Positions 31,881-32,000 of a DNA stretch of 32,000 nt are shown here, one piece after another. The translations under genes and the position numbers were made by a program. Source of the DNA: Candidatus Nanosynbacter lyticus (GTDB lineage Bacteria; Patescibacteriota; Saccharimonadia; Saccharimonadales; Saccharimonadaceae); contig NZ_CP007496.1 in the NCBI RefSeq assembly GCF_000803625.1, positions 450,001-482,000 on the forward strand, read 5' to 3'. Below the pieces are notes generated by a model. The model did not search any database and was not told the origin of the DNA. It worked only from the letters and a program-made list of their open reading frames with translations. Each line of letters begins with the position of its first letter. Position 1 is the stretch's first letter.

Positions 31881-32000
31881 TCATCGCCCCTGCATTAAAA
31901 ACATCCCGATAACTACCGCCGCCATAATAGCAATTACAATCCACGCCGGCGCCAACGTCGTCGTCTGCTTCGTATTTTCTAGATATCTCACGTCTTCCAC
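31881..32000 (-). CDS. C-terminal end of a hypothetical membrane protein (partial, runs off the window)
   Basis: The reverse frame is open from the window edge: VEDVRYLENTKQTTTLAPAWIVIAIMAAVVIGMFLMQGR, then stop. The TGA lies 1 nt before the pheS ATG, and the fragment contains one TM helix. Confidence 0.45.
   Translation of the reverse strand: MEDVRYLENTKQTTTLAPAWIVIAIMAAVVIGMFLMQGR

Noticed and set aside
1-32000. Search for rRNA, tRNA, CRISPR arrays, IS elements, integrases, prophage genes and long repeats
   Set aside because: I found none. No intergenic region has a cloverleaf-like sequence or repeat-spacer periodicity, and no ORF resembles a transposase or recombinase. The only DNA-level repeat between distant sites is the leader motif reported above.

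Overview
This is a gene-dense 32-kb bacterial chromosomal window. About 90% is coding, most genes lie on the minus strand, and many neighbouring genes have 1-4 nt start/stop overlaps. The content fits a small streamlined genome. A Saccharibacteria/CPR-like origin is my guess from gene content only (split transketolase, compact PPP/glycolysis clusters, many membrane-anchored unknowns). I saw no evidence for a non-standard genetic code. Housekeeping genes, left to right: gatA (partial) and gatC, uvrB, a LOG-family protein, an fba/PfkB-kinase/unknown operon, an rpiB-rpe-split-transketolase operon, gap, a short Rel, ppa-trxB-FKBP, and pheT. pheS and pheT are separated by an 11.8-kb block. That block carries an AlkD-like protein, an ASCH protein, a MacB/FtsX-type ABC transporter (two permeases plus an ATPase), an OmpR/HK two-component system, a membrane-anchored alpha/beta hydrolase, a HIT protein and an RclA-like flavoprotein. 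The three most interesting observations are as follows. (1) A strongly AT-rich single-gene island (about 23.5-25.9 kb) sits between the histidine kinase and the ABC transporter. It encodes a 732-aa ABC/SMC-like ATPase of RloC/PrrC (AAA_13)-like architecture with a degenerate P-loop, and is a candidate stand-alone defence or abortive-infection gene. (2) Two small-ORF cassettes of the same size (7.64-8.06 kb and 11.04-11.46 kb) share a structured 5' leader of about 70 nt with compensatory base-pair changes and a hairpin that sequesters the SD. Their ORFs are unrelated. (3) A 121-nt highly structured element lies between the convergent rel and ppa genes. Several operon-head genes also appear to be leaderless, with a -10 box 6-10 nt upstream of the start codon. 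I found no rRNA, tRNA, CRISPR array, transposase or integrase.
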